A stretch of 64,000 bases of DNA from Vicugna vicugna. Taxonomy: Eukaryota. The stretch's first letter is position 1; each line of letters starts with the position of its first letter. Of the stretch, positions 24,020-36,650 are shown in pieces. The stretch lies in NCBI GenBank assembly GCA_013265495.1, contig MU061578.1, positions 939,308 through 1,003,307 on the forward strand, given 5' to 3'. The notes below the pieces were generated by a model, which made no database searches, was not told where the DNA came from, and saw only the letters and a list, made by a program, of their open reading frames with translations. The translations under genes were made by a program, and so were the position numbers.

Positions 24020-24480
24020 TTATCTGGCAGCCGCTTGTGGAGTACCTACTAAGAGCTGGACACGTAGTGATGACCAACGCATTTCCTCAAATAGTTAACT
24101 CCTCAGTGGAGGGTACAAACATTATAATTTCATAAAGTGCTTGGAAGGGAAAGACAAGGTAACATGAAAGGGGATTACGGGGCACCGGGTCTAACCGACA
24201 GGACTTAGATATGGCTTCCATGAAAAGAAATAACATGCAGGCAGGGCTCTAAAAAAATGATGGTGAGAAACCAATTCAAAGAGGTAGAATAAACCAGTTT
24301 TGACGGATGGGAAGCACCTGCAAAAGTCCCCAAGAAGGAAGGAGCTGGGCCAGTTTCAAAACTTGAAAAGAATGCCAACCTGGCTGAGGTACGGTGGTGG
24401 AAGATGAGCAAGGTGTGCAGTGGGACTGCAGAGGGCAGGAGGAGAAGGGAGATTATAGACTTTGTGCTCTGTGGGCATCC
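24020..24480 (-). mobile_element. L2 LINE
   Basis: GAGTACCTACTAAGAGCTGGACAC...GGCTTCCATGAAAAG...AGCACCTGCAAAAGTCC...GCCAACCTGGCTGAG. Confidence 0.7.
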
Positions 24481-24614
24481 AGGAGGGAGGAAGAGGTATA
24501 AGCCGGGATGGGGTGCAGTGAGTAAGCTAATGCAAGTTCACATCCTCATTGCTTATGTCACGGATCTCAACCTACTTGAAGGAATAGGTGTCCTGATGGG
24601 CTGGCCCTGTAACC

Positions 24615-24970
24615 CATTCATTCATCCATCCATGCAGCCATTGATGAAAACCCACTGTACAAAAGGCCTACACCCAAAACCACATACGGTCCTCCTCCCC
24701 AGAGCACTGACGATACTTCAGGGAAGACAGTCATGAATCAAATCATTATACCAAAAGACAGGAACCTGAAATGGCCTTAAGCAGCTACCCGTGAAGGTCC
24801 ACGAAGCCAAGAAATGATACAGCAGAGGTGCCTGACTTAGCCAACGAGGCCAAGGGAGTTTTCCTTGCAGAAGGGACAGCATACGTGAGTGTTAACCGGG
24901 CAAAGGAGGGAGAGACAGGGCAGACAAGTCCAGGAGGAGAGGAGAGCATGGCAGCACTCCTCCAGTGAGC
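24615..24970 (-). mobile_element. L2 LINE
   Basis: CATTCATTCATCC tail...GGTCCTCCTCCCCAGAGC...GGAGAGGAGAGCATG. Confidence 0.6.
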
Positions 24971-25789
24971 CCGGAAGGACGAAGGAGGGGGCGGGTGCCC
25001 CGGGAGCTCCTGGAACCTGAAACTTCGTCCATCTACCTCCACCAGGGCCCCTCTTTTACAGGCCAGTGCATGTGGTCCCACAAGCACACTCAGAGGAACG
25101 GCAGTGAACGCCATTCTAAAAAGGGACTGGCCTAGAAAATCCACGCCACCGAATCAACTCGAGGGTGGAACTGAGGTGGTGGAGGGGGGTCAGGGGCAGA
25201 AGGGCTGGTGCCTGGGCATGTTGCCCTGTCCAGAACCTCACAGTGGATTAACTTTCACAAATTTAGTTCAAAAGGTCACCTGAGGACAGGAGGTCTGTTG
25301 CTAAGGACTGAGAGCAGAAGAAATAGCCTTAACTGGGAGAATCAACACAATTGTAAAAACAAAAAAGCAAACAAAAAAACCCCTCAGGGGTCCAAAAGGC
25401 CCAAGAGCCTTGGGAAGGTCCTGGCTCCAAGCCAGGCAGCTGAAGCAGGCAGTAAAAAATCTTCTTCCGGGACATTTTATTCCGTATTTGCAATTTTCTT
25501 ACATTCCTGAGTTTCTGTATCCCCAGGGCATACAAAGCATAGTAAACAACCCAATTGTTGAAGCTGCCCTCCCTTAAGCCCATACATATTCTTATAAATG
25601 GGAAGAAAATGGTCTTATTGCATGCTATTGAGAAACACAAAGCTCTAAATGGGTTGTCAGTTCTTTTAACCACTAATTCCTCTTTAAAGAGACAGCATAT
25701 TGATTGTTTTCATCCAAAGTTGCCAAACTTGGAAATTCACAATCCCAAACACAATCCAAAAATGATCTATTGTCCGGGGATGATTCAAA

Positions 25790-26000
25790 ACATGGCAACG
25801 TAACACTTGCATAATCTTTGTGAGGTACAAAGATATTTTAGGTGGACTGGCTCATTCAGTCTCGACAGTTTTGCAAAGAAGGTTTCATTATTCCCCGTGT
25901 GCGGCTGAAACAAGCACGGCTCTGAGTGGTCAGAGGACGTGAATGAGGCCCCCAGCAACCCCAAATCTGAATTCAAGTTTTTGGACACCAAGTCCCCACA
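25790..26000 (-). mobile_element. MIR/MIR3 SINE
   Basis: CTCATTCAGTCTCGACAG...ATTATTCCCCGT...GAATTCAAGTTTTTGGACACCAAGTCC. Confidence 0.6.
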
Positions 26001-26004
26001 TCTC

Positions 26005-26245
26005 ATAGTGGAGAGCCTGCGTTTTGAGTGTCTTACTGATAGAGTCAAATTCCTGATTCTGGAATTAATGATTTCTATAATTAGGGGGAAATTATTTCAA
26101 TTTCCCAAGTCCCAATTTTCTTCTTTGAAAAACGGGGGTGATACCACGTATGTAACAGGGTGGCAGAAAGATTATACGCGTTTGAAGTATTTAGCCTCGT
26201 ACCAGAGAGATCCACTGTGCTCAGGGAACGGGAGCCACCACTATT
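26005..26245 (+). mobile_element. MIR SINE
   Basis: GGGGAAATTATTTCAA...CCCAATTTTCTTCTTTGAAAAACGGGGGTGATA. Confidence 0.65.
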
Positions 26246-26669
26246 GCCATGGGTGTCTGAGTTGTACCAACATCCCTGGTCTTCTGAATACTGGAAGCTC
26301 TGGCCAGATCATCCCCTTAATTTCTCTCTAGAGTCTGAACATACTTGGATGACCGTTCTGCCCATTAACGATTTTAGGCAATGTTTTGCCTTCGCTCCTG
26401 ATTTGGCTAACGCAAGTCTTCGTCTGAGGATCTTCCAGAGTGGTTCACAAGATTAAGCAACGTTGTCTTAGGATCTCAAGTCCAGAAAGAAGACCAAGAG
26501 CCAATCTTTAGGGGGGCACGGGTATACCCACAACTAACATTTCATTAAATAATTAGACCAACTTTTAATTTATCAGAGCATGGTGCTGCACTGTGTACAT
26601 TCCAGATCCCCAACTCCCCCAATTCACTCAGATTTTCCAAAGAAATTACATCCTGGCACAGAAGCAATC

Positions 26670-26880
26670 TTTTAAAGGCACTTATTTCATATCAGGCACT
26701 AAACGAAGTTCTAGTTTATCCTCCCTGGAACCACGTGAGATGAGAACCATTCCCATCTTCCTTTTATGGTTGAGGAGACTTCAGCTCAGGGGGCGGTACA
26801 AGTTGATGATAAAAAAAAATAGAATCAGAATTTGAACCCCAAATTTGTAGGATCCCAAAGCTCATGCTTCACACAACTCA
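26670..26880 (-). mobile_element. MIR SINE
   Basis: TTTTATGGTTGAGGAGACTTCAGCTCAG...AGAATTTGAACCCCA..CCCAAAGCTCATGCT. Confidence 0.7.
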
Positions 26881-27864
26881 TTCTACAGTTTTTGAATTAT
26901 ATACCCCAGCAATAATGGCGTCAATAGAGTGTCCGTTTAAAACTGGTTCCACCTACCTCATCTCATTTCCATTTGCATTCAGAACCCGCACAATGTCTGA
27001 ATGCGCCCAGAAAGAGGCAAAATCTGCTCAGGAGGATGGTCCCAAATACATCAGGGATACTCAGTGCAGCATCTGGGTGCTCCCTAGAGCCATTCCAAGT
27101 CGGGAACGACAGGGTTAATCTCCTCCAGCTCCGTGCAGTCCGGGATCAGATGCCTGCCCTTTGAAGTCTTAGAAATAGCAACCTCTTCACAAGGCAAATG
27201 CTGATTCTGTTTACTTGATCTTGATAAAAGGCAATGAAGATGATTTATTGGGACTAAATAAGGATATTGTATTTTGTTTCATTTGTTTGCTTTCCTTTTT
27301 TTCCCTCCCGTGACAGCTAAAGGACGAGGACAACCTCAAGCTCTGGGATGCTTCCGCCGTCGCAACAATGGCATAAAATAAGCAGCCTAAGCGAACACAG
27401 AAACAAAGCTCTGGAAATTAATGCCTTAAAACAATTAAGGGATTCCAGAGACCTCCTGCGCTGACAGGGAAACCCAGTATGCCCTCCGCTCTCTTGAGCA
27501 ATCAAAGGATGAGGAGTTCTGCTATCCATGAAGCCGTGGAGAGCAAGGAGCTGACGCCCGGCGAGTACCATGGAAGCCTGCAGCTGCCACCCATACCGTT
27601 CCTGATGGCCACCCTGTGCTGAAGACCCTGTACTGTCAGCTTCCTTCCACACACGTAACTGTTTCCGTGGTGTCTGACCATACATTTCAGGAGCCTCTCT
27701 CAAGGTGTGCATTTATTTCACAGTTTGGGGTCAACCAGCACACCATCTCTTCTTGCCAGGAAATGTACAATTTTGATAGGAACTCAGATCCAGGGAGATA
27801 AACTTCTGACAGCTGTTGTAGATCTACATGTCCGAGAGACAAGGATATCTGAATGAATATCATG

Positions 27865-28062
27865 TTAGCCTGGCATAGTGACTAAAGACTTCAACTCTGG
27901 AATTGGCGATTCCAGCTTCTCTCTTTATCAGGCCTCAGTTTTCCTACCTATAAAATGGGGATAATAGTGAAACATATCTCATAAGATTATTACACTAATT
28001 TAGCAAGAGAATGCATGTGAGGTGCTTTGGACAATGTCTGGTCTATGACACACGTTAAAAAA
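27865..28062 (+). mobile_element. MIR SINE
   Basis: GGCCTCAGTTTTCCTACCTATAAAATGGGGATAATAGT...ATGCATGTGAGGTGCTT. Confidence 0.85.
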
Positions 28063-28677
28063 ACCTGTTTCTCCTTCCTGCTTTTATACATCACTTTCTC
28101 TCTGTTCTGTAACCACTCCCCTCTATTCTTCTCCATGTGATTTTTTTTTTTCATCCTTCGCCCTTGGCTGCTGAAAGTTGAGATAGTGATGTGAGATGTC
28201 AAAATCACCTTGGCTGCACTGCCTTCAAATTTAGACCTATTTACCTCCCCTTGAGTGAGGTACCTTATGAAGACCCATGTATGGGCACCACAGCCCTGCA
28301 ACATAATACGGGACACAGTCCACTGTCAGTCAACAGTTTTGTAGAACTCAGAGCAAACCCAAGGCAAGGGAGGGATGGAGGCATGTAACTGTGATATATG
28401 CACCTCTCTGTTAATATCCCCCAGTTCCCTAGTCAGAGATGCTGGGATACTTGTAGAGTGCGCTGGTGTGCCTGGTAGGATAGGTGGTGACTGCTGGGTT
28501 CAGCACGGGGCAAAGTTTGTAGAAGTCATGGGTGATGGGTTTATTTTTAGTGACTGGATTAGTTACTTGCTGATGAATGAATTAATTAAGGATAAATAAA
28601 CTAAACAAACATATTTTGAGCAAAGCGTGTTTCAGGTAACCTAGTAGCCTGTGGGACTCTGTAGAAGACAAGGAAAT

Positions 28678-28840
28678 CAGTTTCAAACTTGACGGAGTGT
28701 CAGCATCACCTGGGAACCGGATACCATGAAAATTCCGCAGCTCCAGAGGCTAATGATGCTGACTTGGTTGATCTGGGGTGGCACGGGCAGTGCCCTGGGT
28801 GTATTTGCTAAGAGTGATCCAGAATCTATACTTTGAGAGA
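28678..28840. mobile_element. MER5A/B
   Basis: TCAAACTTGA..GTGTCAGCATCACCTGGGA...GATCTGGGGTGG...ATACTTTGAGA. Confidence 0.6.
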
Positions 28841-28939
28841 TTTTGCCCTAGGGAACCCAGGAGAGACGGAGTTCGGCTCCCTCTGAACCACAGAGAGCCA
28901 GCCCCTGTCCTCCCCACACAAAGGTGATCGGCAAGAGGA

Positions 28940-29068
28940 AGGAGTGTGGTGTAAGGGAGAGTGCCCTGTCCTGGGCTTGGCAGATCCAAACCTGGCCCCA
29001 TCCTCACTCACTCTGTGATCTGGACAAGCCAGGAGTGCTCTCTGAGTTTTGGTTTCCTCCTCTAGCAA
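28940..29068 (+). mobile_element. MIR fragment
   Basis: GTGTGGTGTAAGGGAGAGTG...CTCACTCTGTGATCTGGACAAG..CTCTCTGAG. Confidence 0.65.
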
Positions 29069-29279
29069 CAGACACGACCCCTAAAGTTTCTTTTAGCAAG
29101 CATGTCAACTGACAATGTTGGTGGATTTGATGGAGAGACCCCTGGTCCATATGCCCAGCTCTGCAGAGTCCCAAGAACCCTCATAATGCCTCGTTTGGGG
29201 AGACACAAGAACTTAACACTCAAAGTATGACACTTATCAAATTCCCAGCACCATAAACCCACTTCCTGAGGTCTCTTCT

Positions 29280-30150
29280 ACCAGCTGTGTTTCTCTCTAG
29301 GATAAAATCCATCAGTTTCAATGCCTGAGATGACCATCACGTAGTCTACCTTTCATGTCAGTTGATCACCACTGCTTCTGAAATTTCTCCTAGAACTTCT
29401 GAGCAGTGATTCCAGCTCTGCCCACTGCCTTCAACGTGAGATTTCTCTGCTCATGACACCACCAGCTCCAGGCTCCAACCTCAGCACCCAGAGTCATTTT
29501 CATCCACTGCCTCCCACTTTAAGTCCATTTCCAAAGCTCTGCCCGTGGTTCTTCTACATCTTCCATTCCATGACCCCCTAGTCCAGGCCGCCATCACCCC
29601 TGGCCTGGATTCCTACATAGCCTCTGTCACAGTGTCCTCTCCTGCACCCTGTTGGTCAGTGTTCCACACAGCCATCATCTCCATGAACGGGAATCTCTGC
29701 ATTGCCATTTACGTAAAACGCAGATCCCATACCCTGGTTTACAAAGCCCTGGACCACCTGACCTCGATCCACTTCTCAGAGCTCCGTGTGCCACTCTCCC
29801 GTTTCCTTGGGGTCTTTTCAGCCCTCACACATTGCAAGTTCCTCCCCTCTGAGGGCATTCATGTGGAATGTCCTTCCTCCCTATCTTGGTGTGATTCATC
29901 ATTCGAAGCCCAGCTTAAATTTCACCTCTTCCTGGTAACCTTCCTTGAGCACCCATCAGTCTCCGTTTTAATTACCTGACGAGCATCTTTCATCAACCAT
30001 TTTCTTATTTTCTCACACAGTTATTTTTTCTGTTTCCTCTCAACTAGAAGGTAAGCGTCATGAGAACAGCATTTCACTTGTCCTGTTTATCACCAAATCC
30101 CCAGTAGCCAATCGGAGTGGGCACTCAGTAAAGAGTTGTTGAGTGAGTGA
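29280..30150 (+). mobile_element. L2 LINE (long 3' portion)
   Basis: CCTAGTCCAGGCCGCCATCACC..CCTGGA...TACAAAGCCCTG...ACTAGAAGGTAAGC..CATGAG...GCACTCAGTAAA..GTTGTTGAGTGAGTGA. Confidence 0.85.
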
Positions 30151-30631
30151 GAAATTCACTCTGACTTCTCTAGTCTCCATGGGGCTCCACCTCTAAGTCT
30201 AGGTTGTGAGTTCTGAATCTTCTTACCTGACTTCTCGCCACTAATTTTAAACTTGGCATGGCCAGAAAAGTCTTTCTCTCTACAACGCCTCTCTCTCCCA
30301 TCTCATTTATTTTTCCCACAAGAGAAATAAGGTGCAGGCACATAAACGATGTTCCCCAAGGTCCCACATCCAGGGAGAGATGGAGACGGTGTTTGCTCAA
30401 ACGCGGTCACACCTGGCGCCAATACCCACTGCAGCACGTGACCCATCCATTTTCAGCTCCAGGTCTTAATTGGGGAAACAAGACACCAGAATAGCCAGGT
30501 GTTTGCAGTGGGCCAAAGATGCAGGTGTGTGTGGAGCCTGAGCCATATTTCCCTCTTGTTTTGGATATCGAAGTTTCTATCAGGAACACCGAAATGACTG
30601 CTTCCTTTTTCCTGCTTTTCCAAGAGATTAC

Positions 30632-30678
<47 letters not shown>

Positions 30679-30692
30679 ATCTATCTATCTAT
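30632..30692. repeat. (CTAT)n tetranucleotide microsatellite
   Basis: Read directly; one interruption. Confidence 0.95.
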
Positions 30693-30757
30693 TTAATTTC
30701 ACTACATTTACTGTTGCTTCCCTTACTTGGGTGTATTATAACATACTTTATAAATTC

Positions 30758-30955
30758 TTTTTTTCTCTCTTTTTTCTTTTAAATTGAAGTATAGTCAGTT
30801 TACAAAGCTGTGTAAATTCCTGGTGTCCAGCATAATGCTTCAGTCATATATATACCTACATATATTCGTTTTCATATTCTTTTTGATTATAAGTTACTGC
30901 AAGGTATTGAATTTAGTTCCCTGTGCTATACAGTAGGACCTTGCTGTTGTTTATA
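30758..30955 (-). mobile_element. Young L1 3' end
   Basis: T tail, then AATTGAAGTATAGTCAGTTTACA...GTTCCCTGTGCTATACAGTAGGACCTTG. Confidence 0.9.
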
Positions 30956-32631
30956 TAAATGTAAGCTCTTGTTTGGATCTATCTCTTGAATAAGAGTTTA
31001 ATATAATAGAACATAATGGAAACTCGGCATAATTCTGGATTAATATTGTGTCACTTTCAAATTTCTTTATCACGAAGGTGTCACATCCTCAGCCCTCAAA
31101 TACAACATGGTTTTCCACACAGAGAACAAGGAGGAAGGAGGCCGATGAGTCAGAAAAAGTATTTCCCAGTGCTCATTGGAAACTCAAAAGATGAGTGATA
31201 AGTGCATTAATTCAGTTGGCACCTTGGCCCTGGCTAGCATAAAACTCGGATCATTCTAGAGGTGATTTCAATGCTGAGGGTCTATGACCCCAGACACTTA
31301 AAATGATGCCACTTATATATGTACCATCAGCACATTTTCCCCCTGAGGGACCTGAATTCGCTGTAAGCAGAGAAGCTTACTATCTTATAAAATGCATGCG
31401 AGCGCTGTTGTATTTTTAGTTACAACTTTCAGTTCTTGAACTGAGCATCGAACAAGAAATTGGACCAAGAACACCTGCTAGAATCAGAGAATCCGAGGGA
31501 CTGTTACCTACCGATGGTTATTCTAAGATCAACTTGAACGCTGCATTTTTTTTTTTCCTTTAGATGCCAAGGAAGATTCTCTATTCCTCAGGCGTTTCCT
31601 GGCCTTGCTTACCATACGTCAACTCGAATGAACAGCTCTCTGGCTAGATGTCCGTTCTTCTCTCTTCAGTGTGGAGCCCCTTACAGAGAGATGTCTCACG
31701 ACAAATATCTAAAGTAAACTTACTCGATTTAGGCAGCTTACAGCTCCTCGGTTTAATTGCGTTGCACGTCTATAAGTGGGGAGCAATTTACTCTGAAGTG
31801 GCACTTAGGCATTATTCCTCTTGGCTTCTGGAGGAAGCACTCGGGCTAAATTTCTACTTAATGTATGCTGGCTTTGGAACCTAAGTACAAGTAAGCGGGA
31901 TGTGTATGAATGTCTTAATTACGTGGCGATCCTCTGTTAGGAAATGAATCCGGGATGGACACAGACTTTAATACCTCTTAACTATGAAAAACACTTTTCT
32001 TGCCATCTTGTGCATTAATCAGTCTCTTGAAATGTGTATCTGCATCAGCTTGCAGCAAGAAAATGGAATCAATTCGGCAAGTTACGCCGTTTCCTGTGCA
32101 GCATTATCTTTGTAATGTTCTCAGCGTTTAATAAGTGCTAACAAGGAGACGAACACTTTCATTTAATTGAAGTAATATATCATTTTTAATAATTAGTCAT
32201 AATTAAGGTGAATGATTAGCTAGGAAAGATATGAAAAATATACATTCGAGATACAGCTTCAAGTCACATTTTAAAAAAGTCCCAAATAAACTCTGGAAGG
32301 CTGTGCATAGCTTTAAGTATGATATAATTTATATAACAAAATAAATCTCAAGTGTTAAAATATTTCGTGGAACTGAGAATAAAGAGTTGTGATAGGATTA
32401 GTTTAATTAGTTTACTGAAATGGACTCTTCATAGTGGCTAAGTGTGACATATTGGCTTTTGTCACTTGAAATAAAAAAAGAGGTGATTAGTTCCTACTCA
32501 AATATATTGTTTTCGCAGAATAGGTTGACTTTTATTTTAAGCGCTCATCCAGGGCCAACTTCCAATCGATGCATAAAGGCTACAAGACAGGATCATCCTT
32601 CAGACAACTCAAGAACCCAGTCACTTCAAAG

Positions 32632-32852
32632 CAGTGGTTCTCAAAGCGGGGGATTCGGCCCCCTCTCCCCAGGGGACATTTAGCAAAGTCTGGAGACATT
32701 TTCGGGTGTCACAGTGAAGGGGAGTTCAACTGGCTTCTAGTGGGTGAGGGCCACACAGGTGCTGCCAAACACCCGACAAAGCACGGGACAGTCACCCACA
32801 CAGAGAACGAGTCACTCCCAAGTGTCCACACCACCAAGGTTGAGAATCCCTG
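32632..32852 (+). mobile_element. MER20 (near full length)
   Basis: CAGTGGTTCTCAA...CCAGGGGACATTTAGCAAAGTCTGGAGACATTTT...AAGGTTGAGAATCCCTG. Confidence 0.92.
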
Positions 32853-33104
32853 CTGTGAACAGCACATTCAGCCGCGGACTGTCCACACCGGTCATTGGTG
32901 GGCAAGTATGCTCACTGTCCATCCCCTGCAAATCTCAAGTCTACACTGTATGACATTTACCTTTCTCCAGTGAGGGGGAAAAATCATTTTTTACTAGATA
33001 GTACAGCAATTTGAAAATCATAGTCAAAGCACCCCCTCCCCCCAAAATGAACCTTATAACAGACAGAAAGAAAGGGGGTCGATACCAAAATCCATATCCT
33101 CTAC

Positions 33105-33430
33105 TTTACGGTACATTCATGCCGTCGAATGCTGTGAAGCTGTTAAAAATATATCTATATAAATAAATTTAATGAAATAGAATATGCCTTTCCTATATCA
33201 TTTTCTGGCTGAATCAAAAGTTACAAAACAAAGTGTATAGCGTGGACCCATTTTTTTATAACTATGTGTTTTAGTATGTTGAAAAAAAGTCAGGAATTTT
33301 TGAAAGGAGAGTAGGAGTTAACCTTATGTGAGTTCAAAGACCTTCTATTTCAAATACTGTTTTTTTTTCTAATTGATTCCTGTATTCTGTAACTTTTCTC
33401 GCAAGTTCTATGTATTACTTGTATAATGAA
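33105..33430 (+). mobile_element. Ancient L1ME-like 3' end
   Basis: GGTACATTCATG..GAATGCTGTGAAGCTGTTAAAAA...AAAGTTACAAAAC...ATGTATTACTTGTATAAT. Confidence 0.65.
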
Positions 33431-34475
33431 GCAGTAATACAGATGGGAAGGGAAAGAAGGAAGTCGGAGCCCAGAAAGACTCCCCTCCTCTCACACTGGA
33501 GTTTGAGGGAGGTGGCTGAGCTCAGCGCCCTGGAAGGAAGCCCTGAGAGGAACATCCATATGAAGAGTGTAAGGTGGGAGCACGTCACATTGGTAGAACT
33601 GGCTGTGCTCCATTCTTGCCGATGCAAAGGCAAGCACACTGTTTGATAAGGCATGACATCCTCCGAGCGTCCACGAACTGGGACCCCTACTGTAAATAGC
33701 CAAAGAGAGAAAACAGCTGGACAGTGTTTCAAGCAGGAAAGACTGGGAAGTGTGGACATCCAAACCTCCACATTCAAGATTTTGCTCTTTCTTGTCCCTC
33801 TTCCCTTCACACGTGAGCGATGACATTTATAAAGCCTGTAATTCCAGAAAGCCATGAAGGTCTTGGAAGAGGAGGCTGACGAGAGGGAGGAGGCCCTGTA
33901 CTGCCGTTACATCCGAAATTTCTTAGAGGAGATTTTAACGTTTTATTATTTGGTTTCCTTATCCCCGCCCCACCCCCTGGGATTGGATTTCTAAGCCGTG
34001 GCTACACAGCAGCTGAACACTCAGATGAAAACCGGAGCACCTGGGTGCTTGTCCTAGAGAAGACAAAACATCTGGATGACCCCCGGAGTGAGCTGAAGCC
34101 ACCACCGTAGCTGATGGATTTGAAAGCAGCCCAGGGTTGGTAAAGAGTGCTTTATTTTGTCTTGTTTTTAAACACACATGTCTATCAATGAGGGGAGCTA
34201 TGTAAACAAATTAAAGTACAGAGGAGTATGAGTACCAGGCAGGTGTCAGTAGACGGAGGTGGATAATTTATATGTACTGACATTGAAGATTTGCTCACTA
34301 TTTTTAAGTGGTGACAGAAAGTCACGGATTATTATATTAAGTGTGCATGTTTCTCAACGTGTGTATTTTGAATGTGCACAGCAAATATCTGGAAAGACAT
34401 AGTAATTATTAAATGGTGGAGGGAGGGTGAGAGGGAAGGAAAAAGAGAGACTTTTATTTTTATTTTATACAATTC

Positions 34476-34532
<57 letters not shown>

Positions 34533-34590
34533 ATATATATATATATACAGCATAGCATATGTATATATGTGTGTGTGTGTGTATATATAT
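34476..34590. repeat. Compound (TG)n/(TA)n microsatellite
   Basis: Read directly. Confidence 0.95.
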
Positions 34591-34599
34591 TTAACTCAG

Positions 34600-35000
34600 A
34601 GCATGTGCTACTTTGAAAACAAGGCACAATATAGTTCAGACATACCAAAAGGCATATAGAAAACCACAAACACATTCATGTAGACTCCACTCAGCTTAAG
34701 GAATGACACATTTTAGGGCCGTTGAATTCCCCATCTGAAACCCTCCTCAAGCGTCTCTCTCTCTCCCTAATCATTTCAAGCAATGAAGTTCTGGATTTTG
34801 AGTTTTCTCTTTCGTCTGTCCGTGTTTACCGCCTATGTATGCGTAGAGTTACTAGCACTGTTGCATGTCAAATGTTTGAGTAAAGTCTCTTTTCCATGGG
34901 GCATGCTTCACCCGGGGCAGTATCGGCGAGAGCCCTTCTTTTTGTTATGACAATCTCCAATGCATCCATTCCCCCTGCTCCAGCGTGGTCCATTGTGCAT
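34600..35000 (-). mobile_element. Ancient L1ME-like fragment
   Basis: AAACACATTCATGTAGACTCCACTCAGCTTAAGGAAT..ACATT pattern; highly diverged. Confidence 0.5.
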
Positions 35001-35249
35001 TATTCTCTTCAATTAGGCTACTTTGGATTTCTTTCTTTGCTCCATGAAGTATTACCTTTGTGATTTAAGAACAGCCTAAACAGTAAGAGACATTTCGGAT
35101 AGGAAGAGACAAGCCACACTTGCTACTAAACTCTTCAGTTTTATCGTGAAATAGGAAAGCTATATGTCATTGAACCTCGGTGCCATCTGTCTTCCAAACA
35201 CCCCCCTTAACCCTAGGGAAATTACTACCACTACTGCTATTCACAGAAA

Positions 35250-35425
35250 CATTGACTACTGTTTTTCCAGTGCTTATGACGCACCAGGAACACACTTGGC
35301 GCTACACTTCCGTGTGATAAGTACCGCTAATATTTCTGTTTCACAGATGAGGCCACTGGGCTCAGAGAATAAATATCTAGCTCACAGCCAATCAGATTCT
35401 AAATATCGGTGGTGGGATTTTCCCA
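35250..35425 (-). mobile_element. MIR SINE
   Basis: GTGCTTATGACGCACCAGG...TTTCACAGATGAGGCCACTGGGCTCAGAGA. Confidence 0.7.
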
Positions 35426-36119
35426 AAGTGCCTGCCCCTCTGTTGTGTCTCTCGGGATGGTGTTAACCCACAGACGCCCCCTGCTACTGGCCCTTAACCA
35501 CACACCCGCCCAGTGCTCCGGAAAGGTCTTTCATGCCCTGTAAGAAGAGTGGCCAGGCATGAGGCTGAATCAGCAGCTCAGCCAACACCTGCGTCCATGC
35601 CCTGCTGTACCAATCAGCCACTGAGAGAAGCAGCAAAGAGCTCATCAGAGAACGTCTGGACGCTGGTGGGAGAGGAAATATCTGAAAAATAAAAGGCTAT
35701 AGTGGGAGGTCAAAGCCGAGCTCCTAGGAAGTACTCCCCATGAAAGGGAAGGCAGACGCGTCTCTCACCATCCTGACTCAGACTAAATGCATCCCCAGGT
35801 TGGGATCGTCCCTGACTTGGTAAAATTCCGTATACAGTTGGAAAATCACCCAAGAGAGAAATGTTACACAAGCAGCAGCCAGCGTGGAAGGCTTGACAAG
35901 TAGCAGTTCAGGAATAAATTTCGACTCGGCCACGACTGTCATCCTCTCCCTGGTCAAGGACGCTCTGCTGAACTTGGGTCTCTGAGGTGTGGCTGGCCAA
36001 CACAGACTCCCATCCCCTCCACCTTCAAACCCGAAAGACTGGAGCCTCCTCATTACCTGCGCATCTCCCTTGTCTCCCCAGGAGATGTTCTGTGCACACA
36101 CACCCAACCTGATCTCATG

Positions 36120-36650
36120 ACATCACAACTTCCACTCTCTTAGCATAAAGTTCAATCTCCTTATCTTGCCAACAATACTCTTCTTAATCTGGTGTATCTA
36201 GTTCTCAACCTTTCTTTTCAGCCACCTTCCTCTGAACCCGAATACTCTGGCCACCCCGAGCCTCTTTCCTCTTCTTCAAAACAGGTCAAGCTTGTTCCAA
36301 ATTTACGGACTTTGCATGCTCTGTTCCCTCTACCTGGAATGCTCTTCCTCCACGTGTTCAACCTGCCTGATTCCCTCTTGATATTCATGTCTCAGCTGAA
36401 AAGTCACCTTCTCAGAACTTCCCTGAATCTCTATACTGAAGGAGCACATATTTCCTAGCTGCTCTTTCCCCACGTGGCTGCAATTCTCTGCATTCTGCTT
36501 GTGACTCTCTCTCCTCCTCCATCCAAAACCCTGAAGCTTCATGAGAGCAGGAACCCTGATTGCTCATTCACTACTGTGTCCCTGGTGCCTGACGCAGTTC
36601 TAGAGCCTAGAGATGCTCTTAATAAATGTATGTGGAATGACTTAATAAAC
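36120..36650 (+). mobile_element. L2 LINE 3' portion
   Basis: CTTTGCATGCTCTGTTCCCTCTACCTGGAATGCTCTTCC...AAGCTTCATGAGAGCAGG...AATAAATGTATGTGGAATGA. Confidence 0.9.

Noticed and set aside
27270..27380. Plus-strand acceptor (...CCCTCCCGTGACAG) and a similar minus-strand string near 21995-22023
   Set aside because: No strong nearby donor and an early stop in the most plausible frame. The similarity between the two sites is a short low-complexity match around TGACAG.
31545..31640. Plus-strand acceptor (T-tract-CCTTTAG) exon candidate
   Set aside because: No nearby strong donor and the peptide is unrecognised.
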